From Candidatus Bathyarchaeota archaeon (lineage in GTDB: Archaea > Thermoproteota > Bathyarchaeia > Bathyarchaeales > Bathycorpusculaceae), in the NCBI GenBank assembly GCA_963772455.1, contig CAVYXJ010000010.1, positions 224,001 through 288,000 of the forward strand: a stretch of 64,000 bases of DNA, read 5' to 3'. Shown here one piece after another: positions 22,626 through 32,238 of the stretch. The stretch's first letter is position 1. Each line of letters begins with the position of its first letter. Both the position numbers and the translations under genes were made by a program. The notes under the pieces were generated by a model. That model had not been told where the DNA came from. It saw only the letters and a list, made by a program, of their open reading frames with translations, and ran no database searches.

Positions 22626-23663
22626 TTAGGACTCGATAGAAGAATCAAACCAGTGTTTAGGCGTAAGTTCGTTTTCTAACAATGAAGGGAATAGGTTGAG
22701 AGGCCATCCTGGGAGCATCGGTGTTAAGAAAATATCGGTTTTTTCTAGACCAAAAATTTTCCTGATTTTTTTCTTTGCCTCAAACATTTTATCAAAATCC
22801 TCAACCACAATTGCAACGTACAAGTCGTAAGTGCCGATGAGTCTTATGATTACGATAACGTTTGGTATCTGGAGTAAATGGCCGTAAATCTCTGCCATCT
22901 TACTTCTGTTCGAGACTTTTATGTAAAAGTTAGCGATCGCATTGTATCCGAGCTTACTCAGGTTAAGTGTAACTGCGGAAAGTGTAATCAAATTCTGTCT
23001 TAGTTTTTTGTATCTTTGAATTACTGTTTTAGTTGATACGCCGAGCTGTTGGGCAATTTTCCTAAATGGTGTTCTGGCTTTTTGGCAAAGTACCAATGCG
23101 ATTTTTCTATCAATTTCATCAATTTCTAAAGGTGCTTGGTCTAGATTGACCAAAGCAGGTCTTTGAATGCTCTTGATTTCGTTTTGAAGTTTAAGCGGAT
23201 TAATGATTAGGTTTTGAGGAAATTCAATATTTATTGCTTCAGCCCAAATTAAAGCATCAACGTGCTCGATTTTATGGTTTGATTCTAAATCCTCAATGAT
23301 TCCTGATAACTTGTTTAGATCTCTCAAAGCTACTTTTCCAAAGAAATTATATTTTCCAAAATGGCTAACCACTTGAGAAATGTATGGCTTACTGTCAAGG
23401 TATTTTATAACTTCATTTTCGTTTTCAGTATCAGTTATAATTCCTAGATCTATAATATGCCTATAACCAAGGCAATGGGGATTAACAAGCATTACCTCCC
23501 CCGTTATTACGCCTTCTCTGGATAAGCGTTTATATCGCATTCGAACTGCTCCAACAGTGATTTTGCATTCGGCAGCTATGTCTGTAAAACTTGTTCGGGC
23601 TTCAAGTAGGAGCATCTTTAATATTTTAGCATCTATTTCATCGATTTTTGTTGAGTTGCGCAA
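22626..23663 (-). CDS. Tandem double-domain Lrp/AsnC family transcriptional regulator
   Basis: Two IDEID(A/R)KI…AR(T/S)F..IA HTH units, each followed by a RAM-like domain. Confidence 0.88.
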   Translation of the reverse strand: MRNSTKIDEIDAKILKMLLLEARTSFTDIAAECKITVGAVRMRYKRLSREGVITGEVMLVNPHCLGYRHIIDLGIITDTENENEVIKYLDSKPYISQVVSHFGKYNFFGKVALRDLNKLSGIIEDLESNHKIEHVDALIWAEAINIEFPQNLIINPLKLQNEIKSIQRPALVNLDQAPLEIDEIDRKIALVLCQKARTPFRKIAQQLGVSTKTVIQRYKKLRQNLITLSAVTLNLSKLGYNAIANFYIKVSNRSKMAEIYGHLLQIPNVIVIIRLIGTYDLYVAIVVEDFDKMFEAKKKIRKIFGLEKTDIFLTPMLPGWPLNLFPSLLENELTPKHWFDSSIES

Positions 23664-23838
23664 AGTTATTCACTTGAAAACGCTAAACATCCATATGGAC
23701 CATAAGGATTAGTAATTAAAGTTTTCTGGTACACATTCTATATTACATAAGATATTCAATATGTGTTTTGTGGAGTTTATAGCGAAAAAAAGATAAAAGC
23801 ATGTTAGCTATAGCTCGGTTATAAAATATTTATTGAAT

Positions 23839-24085
23839 AAGGAGAATAATTGTGCAAACTTTTAAACGATACCAGTTGTAGCGATTGCGATATTCTTAAT
23901 CTCTTCCATAAGCGCATCCAAACTACTCATTCCAACCACTTACACACACTCCAAGTTGGAATATTGCCTTGTAAGCCTTCTTCAATGTTGCAACTAATTT
24001 GACCTACTTGCAATTCTGTTACCAAGAAAACGACCATAAAAATCTAAAGTGAATAAAACCGTTGCCTCTTTTATTTTTTTATTTT
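23839..24085 (+). pseudogene. Collapsed remnant of a beta-propeller surface-protein gene (RBS and signal peptide joined to RKRP tail and terminator)
   Basis: AAGGAGAATAA RBS, then IPVVAIAIFLISSISASKLLIPTTYTH (cf. TAAISIALVLIISMGASMLLIPATDAH at 17609), then LLAILLPRKRP* and a 3' UTR matching 20362-20420. Confidence 0.75.
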
Positions 24086-24174
24086 AAGATCTCAAACTGA
24101 ATTTTCATACTATATATTAATTTGAAAATGCCATAACTCACACTAGAACTCTCTCTAAATGAGGCGCCAAATAT

Positions 24175-24987
24175 TTGCGAACAGATTCAGCTCTTAATGA
24201 ACAAATTCACCAAGCAAACATTGCAGTCCACCGAGTCGAAGCTCAATATTATGAATTATTGCATCCAGAAGTCTACAGTTTTCAAGAACAAAAAAGAATT
24301 ACTGCTAAATTGAAAAAAATCGATAAGCAAATTGCAACCAACCAAAGAAATGCCCTGGATGTGGGGGCTGGTACTGGCAACTTAACAGGCAAACTATTGC
24401 AAATGAATTACAACGTAATAGCGACGGATATTTCGCCAGAAATGTGTTTGATACTGAAGAAAAAATATGCTGCCTACTTGCCAGACAAGTTAACTGTAAT
24501 TAATTCGCCAATAGAAGATCTAAGTTTTAGCAAAGACCAATTTGATCTTATAACATTCTATTCTGTTCTACATCACTTGCCAAATTACCTTGAAGCTCTC
24601 AAAGGTCTCTCGATTTTCTTAAAGCAGGGAGGAATAATGTACATAGATCATGAAGCTTCGCCTTTCTACTGGAAAAACGAACCGAGCAATCTTGCGAGCA
24701 TTGTAAAAGACCTTTACTTTCATTCAAATCCAATTATCAATAGTTTATATTTCGGTCTAATCGGCTTAAAAATCCCAACAATCGATTACACTTTGTCGGA
24801 TTATTGGCATAAAAAAGAACATGCCCTAAACCAACACGCCATAATCCAGGTTTTCAAGACTGAGGGTTTTGAATTTTATAAACGAACAGATTACTACCAA
24901 CAAGCTACTTGGATTCCAAACCCACTGTATCCTATTTATCGGCTTTTGTGTAGCCCCGAAATGAGTTATTGGGTTGCAAAAAAATAA
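24175..24987 (+). CDS. Class I SAM-dependent methyltransferase
   Basis: ALDVGAGTG, TDISPEM, FDLITFYSVLHHL, LKQGG. Confidence 0.85.
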   Translation: MRTDSALNEQIHQANIAVHRVEAQYYELLHPEVYSFQEQKRITAKLKKIDKQIATNQRNALDVGAGTGNLTGKLLQMNYNVIATDISPEMCLILKKKYAAYLPDKLTVINSPIEDLSFSKDQFDLITFYSVLHHLPNYLEALKGLSIFLKQGGIMYIDHEASPFYWKNEPSNLASIVKDLYFHSNPIINSLYFGLIGLKIPTIDYTLSDYWHKKEHALNQHAIIQVFKTEGFEFYKRTDYYQQATWIPNPLYPIYRLLCSPEMSYWVAKK

Positions 24988-25133
24988 TTCGCCTTTCGGC
25001 TCGTATTATAAATAACCAATTCTTATTTTTCGCTTTCAATCATTATTTGTTAAATCAATTTTTGGCATTTAGAACAAGCTCCGAACGTGAGCGAATTTAA
25101 ATATGCAAGTATTCTTGTGCATTTCAATAGAAG

Positions 25134-26408
25134 GTGGAGTCGTTGGCGTTAGACCCTGTACTTAGAGCAATAGTGACGATTTGCATCTTGGTTTTCTCAG
25201 CAAAAGTGCTCGGAGAAATTTTCTCTTGGAGAAAAATCCCATCCGTTTTAGGAGAATTAACCGCTGGAATCATTCTGGGTCCTTTCGCTTTAGGTTCCAT
25301 AATAGCGATAAATGGAACATCGATAATTCAAATCAATGAAATTGTTTTGGCATTCGGGGAAATAGGCGGCATCCTTATCCTTTTTATTGCTGGCTTGGAG
25401 ATGACTTTTAGAGATTTTCGAAAGGTCGGCACAGCCGGGTTTGTTATCGGGACAGTAGGCGTAATTATTCCCTTCATTATGGGTTATGGGCTTTCATTTG
25501 CTCTTGGGTTAGGAACAATAACTGGTTTAGTGGTTGGAGCCGCACTTGTAGCTACGAGCATTTCTATTACGGCTCTGGTATTACAGGAACTTAACCGAAG
25601 TCGAAACATCGAATCAAGAATGATGATTAGTGCTGGTGTTATCGATGACGTGTTGGGGTTGGCAATTTTAGGCGTAATTATCTCATTTCTTTCCACCTCA
25701 ACCGCAATTACTCCATTAAACGTCATTGTGGTAATTTTTACGTCACTTGGATTATGGCTTACATTGACAGTTTTCGCAGCATTTGCTCTTCCCAAAATAA
25801 TTAATTTTTTCTCAAAAGGTTCAGAAGCAACCACAGAGGCAGCAGCTACAGCATCATGTTTCGGAGCTTCTGCGCTAGCAGCTGTTTTGGGGTTATCACC
25901 AATTGTGGGTGCTTTTGCTGCTGGCATGGCTGTTGCGAGTTCTCATACAATTGAGAAGATCCGGGATTACACCAAGAAGATAAGCGTTATTTTTTCACCT
26001 GTTTTCTTCGGTTTGGCTGGAGCACAGCTTGACCTTAGGAGCTTTGTTACTTCCGACTGGTTCTTCTATGTCTTTTTTGTATCCCTCGTAATTGTAGCGG
26101 TCGTTAGCAAATTGGTCGGATGCGGTTTGCCTGCTGTCTTCTTTTTGAAAAGCCGTTCTAAAGGTCTCAAAGTAGGCTATGGAATGATTTCACGAGGAGA
26201 AGTAGGGTTAATTGTGGCTGGAGTTGCCATCTCTGCAGGAGCTATCACACAAAGTACTTACGCGGCAATTTTGGGAATGATTATGATAACGACTATTTTG
26301 GCTCCACTTCTTCTAAAAAGAGCCTATGATAAAGACGAATTTGAAGAACTACCGCCAGCTGGTGAAGATGACAACGCTCCTGATTATATACCGACCTATC
26401 CCCTTTAA
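25134..26408 (+). CDS. Cation:proton antiporter (CPA2, NapA/KefB-like)
   Basis: PSVLGELTAGIILGP, LFIAGLE, ATSISIT, VIDDVLG, GMISRGEVGL; about 12 TM helices. Confidence 0.9.
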   Translation: MESLALDPVLRAIVTICILVFSAKVLGEIFSWRKIPSVLGELTAGIILGPFALGSIIAINGTSIIQINEIVLAFGEIGGILILFIAGLEMTFRDFRKVGTAGFVIGTVGVIIPFIMGYGLSFALGLGTITGLVVGAALVATSISITALVLQELNRSRNIESRMMISAGVIDDVLGLAILGVIISFLSTSTAITPLNVIVVIFTSLGLWLTLTVFAAFALPKIINFFSKGSEATTEAAATASCFGASALAAVLGLSPIVGAFAAGMAVASSHTIEKIRDYTKKISVIFSPVFFGLAGAQLDLRSFVTSDWFFYVFFVSLVIVAVVSKLVGCGLPAVFFLKSRSKGLKVGYGMISRGEVGLIVAGVAISAGAITQSTYAAILGMIMITTILAPLLLKRAYDKDEFEELPPAGEDDNAPDYIPTYPL

Positions 26409-26618
26409 CAATGCTATGTCAAAGAGATAATTCAGGATAAAATACAATTTTAGAAGAAAAAATAACCAGCGAAACTATAAAATCAACAAGTCCTTGTCTC
26501 TTTAGAGAGGGTTTTTTCGTCATCTATTCCGTAAAACTGAATAATATCCAAATTATCGGTTTTGAGTGGAGCGATTTTTTTTATCATTGAAATAGTTTTC
26601 GTCGAAGAACAATTCCTC

Positions 26619-28046
26619 TTAAGCAACTCCTGTTCTCTTCCTCGTTCCGCCCATGATCCTGCGTTTTGCGAAGTTCACTGCGCCTTCACGGCGGATTCTT
26701 TTTAGTATCTGTTTGGGAGTCATGTGGAATTCTTTGAAGAATCGACGTTGTACCATCATGAGTGAGTCATAGTCGAACTCGTCGGTTTTTACGCTTAGCA
26801 AGAACTCATCCAACTTCACATAATTGCCCTTTTCTAGCAATTCGTTGTAGAGTCTACTGTCGGGGTAAGCGATGAAGGTATTGAATTGGCACCAGTCAGG
26901 GTTAAGTTTCTTGGCAAATTTGAGCGAGTCTTCCATGTCTTTTAGCGTCTCGTCGGGTAAGCCTATCATGAAGGAGCATGCTGTTTTTATCCCATTTTTT
27001 CTGCAGAGTTTAAACGCGTTTTCTACTTCTTGAGGTGTAGTATTTCTGCCGATTCGTTGGAGAATTTTTTGTGACGCAGATTCGACGCCAAACCAAATGG
27101 TCTTGCAACCTGCCTTACTCATCAACGATAAAAGATCGTTGTTAACAAGGTCCACGCGGGTATCGCAAACCCATTCTAAATCCAACTTGTTCTCAAGCAT
27201 CAAATTACAGAGTTCAGCAGTTTCTTTTTTTCGCAAAGTAAAGTTGTCGTTAATAAAATAGATTCCTTTCGTTCCATATTTGCTCTGTAGGTCTTGGATT
27301 TCTCCAATAACTCTTTGCGGACTGAAACATCTGCACATATTCCCCCATAACTTACGGGTTTCACAGAATCCACAATTATAGACGCATCCCCTTGAAATGC
27401 TCATTACATCGGCGGGTTTAGCATCCAAATACTCGATTGTTCGATCGTAGAGCTCAAGCGGCAATAGGTGCCTCGCTGGATACGGGATTTCATCCATATT
27501 CTCGATGAACTTGGGCGGGTTCTTGATGTTTTCACCATTACGCTTGACTGCAACGCCCGAGATAGCTGCGGAGGCTTTTTCGTTGCCACTCATTATTGTG
27601 GTTGCTAGTTCGGTAATTGCACGTTCACCCTCACCCATGACGACATAGTCAATTTCGGGGTTACTCAGCAAGCTATCAGGCATGTAAGAGGCGTGCCATC
27701 CCCCCACAACAATCTTGCAGTCAGCTTTTGCCTGTTTGATAGCCTTGGATGTTTCTACGCATCTTGGATAAGTAGCTGAACCGCAGGTTATTCCCACGAT
27801 TCCAGGGTTAATCTGCGTAATTAACTGCTTGATCTCTTCGGTTGATTTTTTCATAAGGTAGTTGTCGAGCATCTGCACTTTGAAGCCTGCTTTTTCTAGT
27901 GCTGCGGCCACGTACATTAATCCGATTGGAGGCAACCGTTTGCCAAGGTACCATGCACCGTTTTCAGGCGGAGCAGTGGTCATGAGCAGGACAGTGTTGT
28001 TTTCGGGTTTGGGTTTAGAATCTTTGGTTATTGGCTTGACGGGCAC
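26619..28046 (-). CDS. B12-binding (class B) radical SAM protein
   Basis: PPIGLMYVAAALE, GGWHAS, SRGCVYNCGFC, GVESAS. Confidence 0.92.
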   Translation of the reverse strand: MPVKPITKDSKPKPENNTVLLMTTAPPENGAWYLGKRLPPIGLMYVAAALEKAGFKVQMLDNYLMKKSTEEIKQLITQINPGIVGITCGSATYPRCVETSKAIKQAKADCKIVVGGWHASYMPDSLLSNPEIDYVVMGEGERAITELATTIMSGNEKASAAISGVAVKRNGENIKNPPKFIENMDEIPYPARHLLPLELYDRTIEYLDAKPADVMSISRGCVYNCGFCETRKLWGNMCRCFSPQRVIGEIQDLQSKYGTKGIYFINDNFTLRKKETAELCNLMLENKLDLEWVCDTRVDLVNNDLLSLMSKAGCKTIWFGVESASQKILQRIGRNTTPQEVENAFKLCRKNGIKTACSFMIGLPDETLKDMEDSLKFAKKLNPDWCQFNTFIAYPDSRLYNELLEKGNYVKLDEFLLSVKTDEFDYDSLMMVQRRFFKEFHMTPKQILKRIRREGAVNFAKRRIMGGTRKRTGVA

Positions 28047-28383
28047 GGTTTTGCCTCTGTGGACGGGTGTGTTGTTCCTTTTGATGATTTGCGCTGTTTA
28101 TAGCTTTAACGGAACACTGCTATGCAGCTAGGTTTTATTGTGGTTTGCAAGTTTTGGGTCTGAAATAATCAATTCAACTTCAACATGCTAATGCCCAAAC
28201 AATCTCCAATGCTGACCTACCCCTAAATAGTTGGAATATAGTTTTTATTGCAAAAGCCAGAGGGTAATTCACTTAGAAACATTGTTGTTATCTATCCGTG
28301 CCTTATCCAAAGTCAAGTAAAATGCTTTTTCTAATTTTGTTTTAATTTATGTTTGTACATCATGTCTGTTAGAGTCGTATAAA

Positions 28384-28602
28384 ATGGTTAAAACTATCGC
28401 TATTAGTGATGAAGTTTACCAAAAGTTAATCATAATGAAAAGAGAGGACGAAAGCTTCAGTGAACTTTTTGACCGACTTGCTAAATGCCCGAATTCGCAT
28501 CAAGTTTTAACCAAGCTACGACTTTCAGTCGTATTAGAAAAAGAACAAAAAGATAAGATTCTAACTGAAATATCAAAGAAACGGTCTGAACGCAGAAGAT
28601 AA
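28384..28602 (+). CDS. VapB-type antitoxin (archaeal DUF217-like)
   Basis: MVKTIAISDEVYQKL…ESFSELFDRL signature. Confidence 0.75.
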   Translation: MVKTIAISDEVYQKLIIMKREDESFSELFDRLAKCPNSHQVLTKLRLSVVLEKEQKDKILTEISKKRSERRR

Positions 28603-28787
28603 TTACTAGAAACGATGCAATCTGTTCAAGTAAGCTTAAGTTGGAGGCGGAAAAAACTGGCATCTCCATCGGTAGAATCGATACTATGGTCGCAGCAATT
28701 GCAATAAATAACAATGCTTCCCTGTACATGTTCAACCTGAAACATTTTGAGTCTCTAAAAACGCAATGGCTCAAACTCTTCAAGTAA
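28602..28787 (+). pseudogene. C-terminal fragment of VapC PIN toxin (N-terminus deleted)
   Basis: Frame reads ITRNDAICSSKLKLEAEKTGISIGRIDTMVAAIAINNNASLYMFNLKHFE…*; the N-terminal catalytic Asp strand and start codon are missing. Confidence 0.7.
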
Positions 28788-28802
28788 TCAGTCATTTCGT
28801 CT

Positions 28803-29924
28803 TTACTGTTTGTTAGCGGTTAAGATGGTTCTTATTTTTTCTACAAGCTGCTGGTTGTCTTTGGCTGAGCGGACTGTAACACGGAAGTAATGGTCGTCTA
28901 ATCCCATGAAGGTACAGCAGTCGCGTATTAGGATGCGCTCCTGAGCAAGTAATTCTTTGAGCATGGTGGATGTGATTTGGGAGTTTGTGATTTTTACTAA
29001 CAGAAAATTGGTTACGGATGGGTAAACGTGTAAGCCTTCGATTTCGCTCAATGCTTTGGCGAGGGTTTCGCGGTTTTTGGCGATTGTTTCTTTTGTGTTC
29101 TGTATGAATTGTTTGTCATTTATGGCTGCCATCGTCACTAGACAGGCTAAGCCGTTGATGCTCCAGGGCAACCGCATCGTCTGCAACTTGTCGATAAGGT
29201 TTCCCGAGGCAACTGCATAACCAAATCTGATTCCCGCCATCCCGTAAAACTTTGTGACAGAACGAATAACAAAGAGGTTCTCGTAATCCTTCACCATCCC
29301 AGCCAATGTATTGTCCAAGCTTTTATCGGCAAATTCGATATAATTCTCGTCTATACTGAAGATAATGTCTTTCTTGTTGCAGAATTTAACCAGATCCAAA
29401 AGTTTCTCTTTGCTGTAGAGAATACCTGACGGGCTGTGAGGGTTGCATATGCAAATGATTTTGGTGTCGTCGGTTACTGCTTTTTTGATCTTGTCTGTTT
29501 CCATCTCAAAGTTTTCTGGTAACTGAACAAACACTGGTTCCCCGCCAACCCGAAGCGTTGCCTTCTCATATTCCGAAAAGGAAGGTACAGGAATCAATGC
29601 TTTGAAGCCTCTTGGCAGAATCTCTGTAATCATGTAGATGAGTTCAATTGAGCCATTGCCCAAAAGCAGGTTTTCTTCTTCAACTCCATGACCCACGTAT
29701 TTTGCGATTTCTTCTTTGAACTCTACAGGGTTTGGGTCTGGATAATAACGAATTAATTTTGCATTCTGCTTTACGGCTTCTATAGCTTTGGGTGATGGTC
29801 CTAGAAAGTTTATGGGTCCGCTGAATTCGAGCACGTCTTCGAGGGGTATGTTATATTTTCTGCTGAAACCCCAAATGTCGCCGCCGTGGCTGACGAATCT
29901 ACGTTTTTTACATGTGCTCGACAC
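28803..29924 (-). CDS. cobD: L-threonine-O-3-phosphate decarboxylase CobD-like (HisC-like class I/II PLP enzyme)
   Basis: HGGD, FSGPINFLGP, CNPHSPSG, DENY, RSVTKFYGMAGIRFGY, IRDCCTFMGL; cobamide gene context. Confidence 0.75.
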   Translation of the reverse strand: MSSTCKKRRFVSHGGDIWGFSRKYNIPLEDVLEFSGPINFLGPSPKAIEAVKQNAKLIRYYPDPNPVEFKEEIAKYVGHGVEEENLLLGNGSIELIYMITEILPRGFKALIPVPSFSEYEKATLRVGGEPVFVQLPENFEMETDKIKKAVTDDTKIICICNPHSPSGILYSKEKLLDLVKFCNKKDIIFSIDENYIEFADKSLDNTLAGMVKDYENLFVIRSVTKFYGMAGIRFGYAVASGNLIDKLQTMRLPWSINGLACLVTMAAINDKQFIQNTKETIAKNRETLAKALSEIEGLHVYPSVTNFLLVKITNSQITSTMLKELLAQERILIRDCCTFMGLDDHYFRVTVRSAKDNQQLVEKIRTILTANKQ

Positions 29925-30462
29925 GTTTCTCTTCCTCCATTAGTCTACCCATTTCTTTTTCGACTTGTAAGTGTGCTTTATAGTGAGCGTTATACAAGTT
30001 TACGACTTTGTACAGCCAGTACACTGACCCTACGCCCAGCGTAACTAAAGTTATTATTGCATAAGTTTTTATCGGTATTGTCTGTGGCATAAATACTCGC
30101 TCTGGTAGAGCAGAGGCGAGGAAGTCGTCTTGCTTTTGTTCATGAACCGCTAAATCTCTTGACAATAAATAAAGGATTACAAAAACTGGGATAACAAGAA
30201 TAATGCTTGCGGTCCACACCTTCGTATTCATCTCGGAAAAACGTTCACTTTCAACTGGTGGCTCCTTTCCTTTACTTTTCAGATAAGCAGATACTCGATT
30301 TTCAAACTCCGGTTCCCTTCGGAAATGTCTGTTTCTTCCATCAACCAAACGGTAAAACATCGGAAAAAAAGCTATTCCGAAAGTAACAATTGCCCCCAGA
30401 AACCACATGGAAAACCAAACCTTTCGGTCACCCACAACTTTAGAGTCCATAATGTTTTCCAT
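29908..30462 (-). CDS. Membrane protein (DUF4234-like), translationally coupled to cobD
   Basis: IVTFGIAFF and ITLVTLGVGSVYWLYK repeated helices; overlaps the cobD start. Confidence 0.55.
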   Translation of the reverse strand: MENIMDSKVVGDRKVWFSMWFLGAIVTFGIAFFPMFYRLVDGRNRHFRREPEFENRVSAYLKSKGKEPPVESERFSEMNTKVWTASIILVIPVFVILYLLSRDLAVHEQKQDDFLASALPERVFMPQTIPIKTYAIITLVTLGVGSVYWLYKVVNLYNAHYKAHLQVEKEMGRLMEEEKRVEHM

Positions 30463-30546
30463 TTAGGCATCAATTACCCATTCAATTGCTAACAAGGTTG
30501 GCGTAGCCAAACTTTATAAGTTCTTCCATTGGCTTCTTAAAATCAA

Positions 30547-31245
30547 ATGCGCCTAAGCAATTTGCAGCTCTCTGTAGTTATTCCTGTTTATAATGAGGAG
30601 CAAACAGTCGGCAACATCATTGAGCGCACGAAAATAGCTCTGCAGCAACAAGGCTTAGATTTTGAAATAATTGTTGTTGATGATCGGTCACATGATAGAT
30701 CCTTTGAGGTGGCAAAAAGACATAGCGTTAGGCTCTTTTCTCTGAAACAGCATTTAGGCAAAGGCTATGTTCTTCGCGCTGGGTTCGCAAAAGCAAAAGG
30801 CGACATCATAGTCACCATTGACTCAGATGGGTCCCACCGACCGGAAGAATTAGCTGAAGTTTTGGCCCCTGTTCTCCAAGATAAAGCAGATATGGTGATA
30901 GGTTCCAGATACCTAAATCATAAACGAGTTGCTGCAAGAAAACTCAACCGATTTGGTGTACGGGTCTTCAATTTCCTAATTCAACTATTTACTGGAACAG
31001 CCTGCACCGATTCCCAGTCTGGCTTCCGCGCCATGAAACGGGAAGTTGTCGACAAGCTAAAGCTCTACGCTCGCGAATATGAAATAGAATCGGAAATGCT
31101 AGTTAAGACGGCCAAAGCAGGCTTTAGGGTAGCTGAAGTGCCGATTAGCTTTGAGCAGCGCACATATGGCCGCTCAGGTGTTGATCCTTTATGGGATGGT
31201 TCAAAAATTTTATACTCAATTTGGCTTGCTCGTTTTAGGGGATAA
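30547..31245 (+). CDS. Glycosyltransferase family 2 (dolichol-phosphate mannose synthase-like)
   Basis: VVIPVYNE, VDDRSHD, IDSDGSH, GSR, DSQSGFRA. Confidence 0.9.
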   Translation: MRLSNLQLSVVIPVYNEEQTVGNIIERTKIALQQQGLDFEIIVVDDRSHDRSFEVAKRHSVRLFSLKQHLGKGYVLRAGFAKAKGDIIVTIDSDGSHRPEELAEVLAPVLQDKADMVIGSRYLNHKRVAARKLNRFGVRVFNFLIQLFTGTACTDSQSGFRAMKREVVDKLKLYAREYEIESEMLVKTAKAGFRVAEVPISFEQRTYGRSGVDPLWDGSKILYSIWLARFRG

Positions 31246-31248
31246 CAA

Positions 31249-32238
31249 ATGGCTGAAGACGGAACTGTGAAAGTTTCAATCGTTGTTGCATCTTACAACA
31301 GCCAAGACACAATAGAAGAATGCCTCAAATCCATCCTATCTTTGAATTATTCCGAGGGTTTTTTTGAGATTATCGTGATGGACGGTGGTTCCAAAGATGC
31401 CACAGTCAAAATTGCAGAGAAATATCCAATCAAAGTAGTTTCTATTCGTCTCAATGCTCCAGCAGCATATAATTATGCAATGAAAATTGCTTCACATCCG
31501 ATTCTGGGCTTCATAGATGCCGACGCCAAAGTCGAAGTTGAGTGGCTAAAAAAACTTGTGCCACATCTAAGCGACCCTGATGTAGCAGGAGTCAGCGGGA
31601 GTATCGAAACCTGGAATAGCGAGAATCCTTGGGCAAGAAGTATAGGGTACGAATTGAAAAACCGTTACAAACGTATAGGAAAGTATACCGGTCGTATAGC
31701 TACAATGAACTTGCTTCTCAAAAAAGCTGTCATTGAGGAAGCGGGCGGATGGGATGAGAAACTGCCAAGCCAATATGACACTGACCTTGGATTTCGTATC
31801 AGCGCTAAAGGCTACAAAATCGCCTATGAACCCAGCGCTGTGTGCTATCATTTTAACCGCCCAACACTTAAGACCTATTATAGGCAGCAGTTGCAGTACG
31901 GAAAAAACACCCTTAAACTCTACTTCAAACATGGGCATTTAGCGAAGGGTGATGAAATCACCGATGTTGGCATGAACATCCAGCCACTTCTGTTTTTGGT
32001 GGTTACGGCGTCTTTTCTTTTGGGAATAATTCCGTTGCTAAGAATATTGTGGATTGTTTCAGGATTAACTCTTCTGGGAATGTTTGTTTACTTTGTTTAT
32101 TCAGCGGTGAAAATATCTGTTAAATTTCACGATTGGACTTCAATGCGGTTAATTGTGCTTTATTTTGTGCGGTCGGTAGCGTGGTTTGTTGGTGCAGTTA
32201 TAACCACGGCAAGATATCTGACGGGGAAGGACAGGTAA
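31249..32238 (+). CDS. Glycosyltransferase family 2 with C-terminal TM helices
   Basis: SIVVASYN, DGGSKD, FIDAD, GGWDE, YDTDL, QQLQYG. Confidence 0.88.
   Translation: MAEDGTVKVSIVVASYNSQDTIEECLKSILSLNYSEGFFEIIVMDGGSKDATVKIAEKYPIKVVSIRLNAPAAYNYAMKIASHPILGFIDADAKVEVEWLKKLVPHLSDPDVAGVSGSIETWNSENPWARSIGYELKNRYKRIGKYTGRIATMNLLLKKAVIEEAGGWDEKLPSQYDTDLGFRISAKGYKIAYEPSAVCYHFNRPTLKTYYRQQLQYGKNTLKLYFKHGHLAKGDEITDVGMNIQPLLFLVVTASFLLGIIPLLRILWIVSGLTLLGMFVYFVYSAVKISVKFHDWTSMRLIVLYFVRSVAWFVGAVITTARYLTGKDR

Noticed and set aside
5699-28046. RiPP cluster with a precursor peptide for the radical SAM enzymes
   Set aside because: No convincing short precursor ORF, peptidase or exporter found in the intergenic gaps
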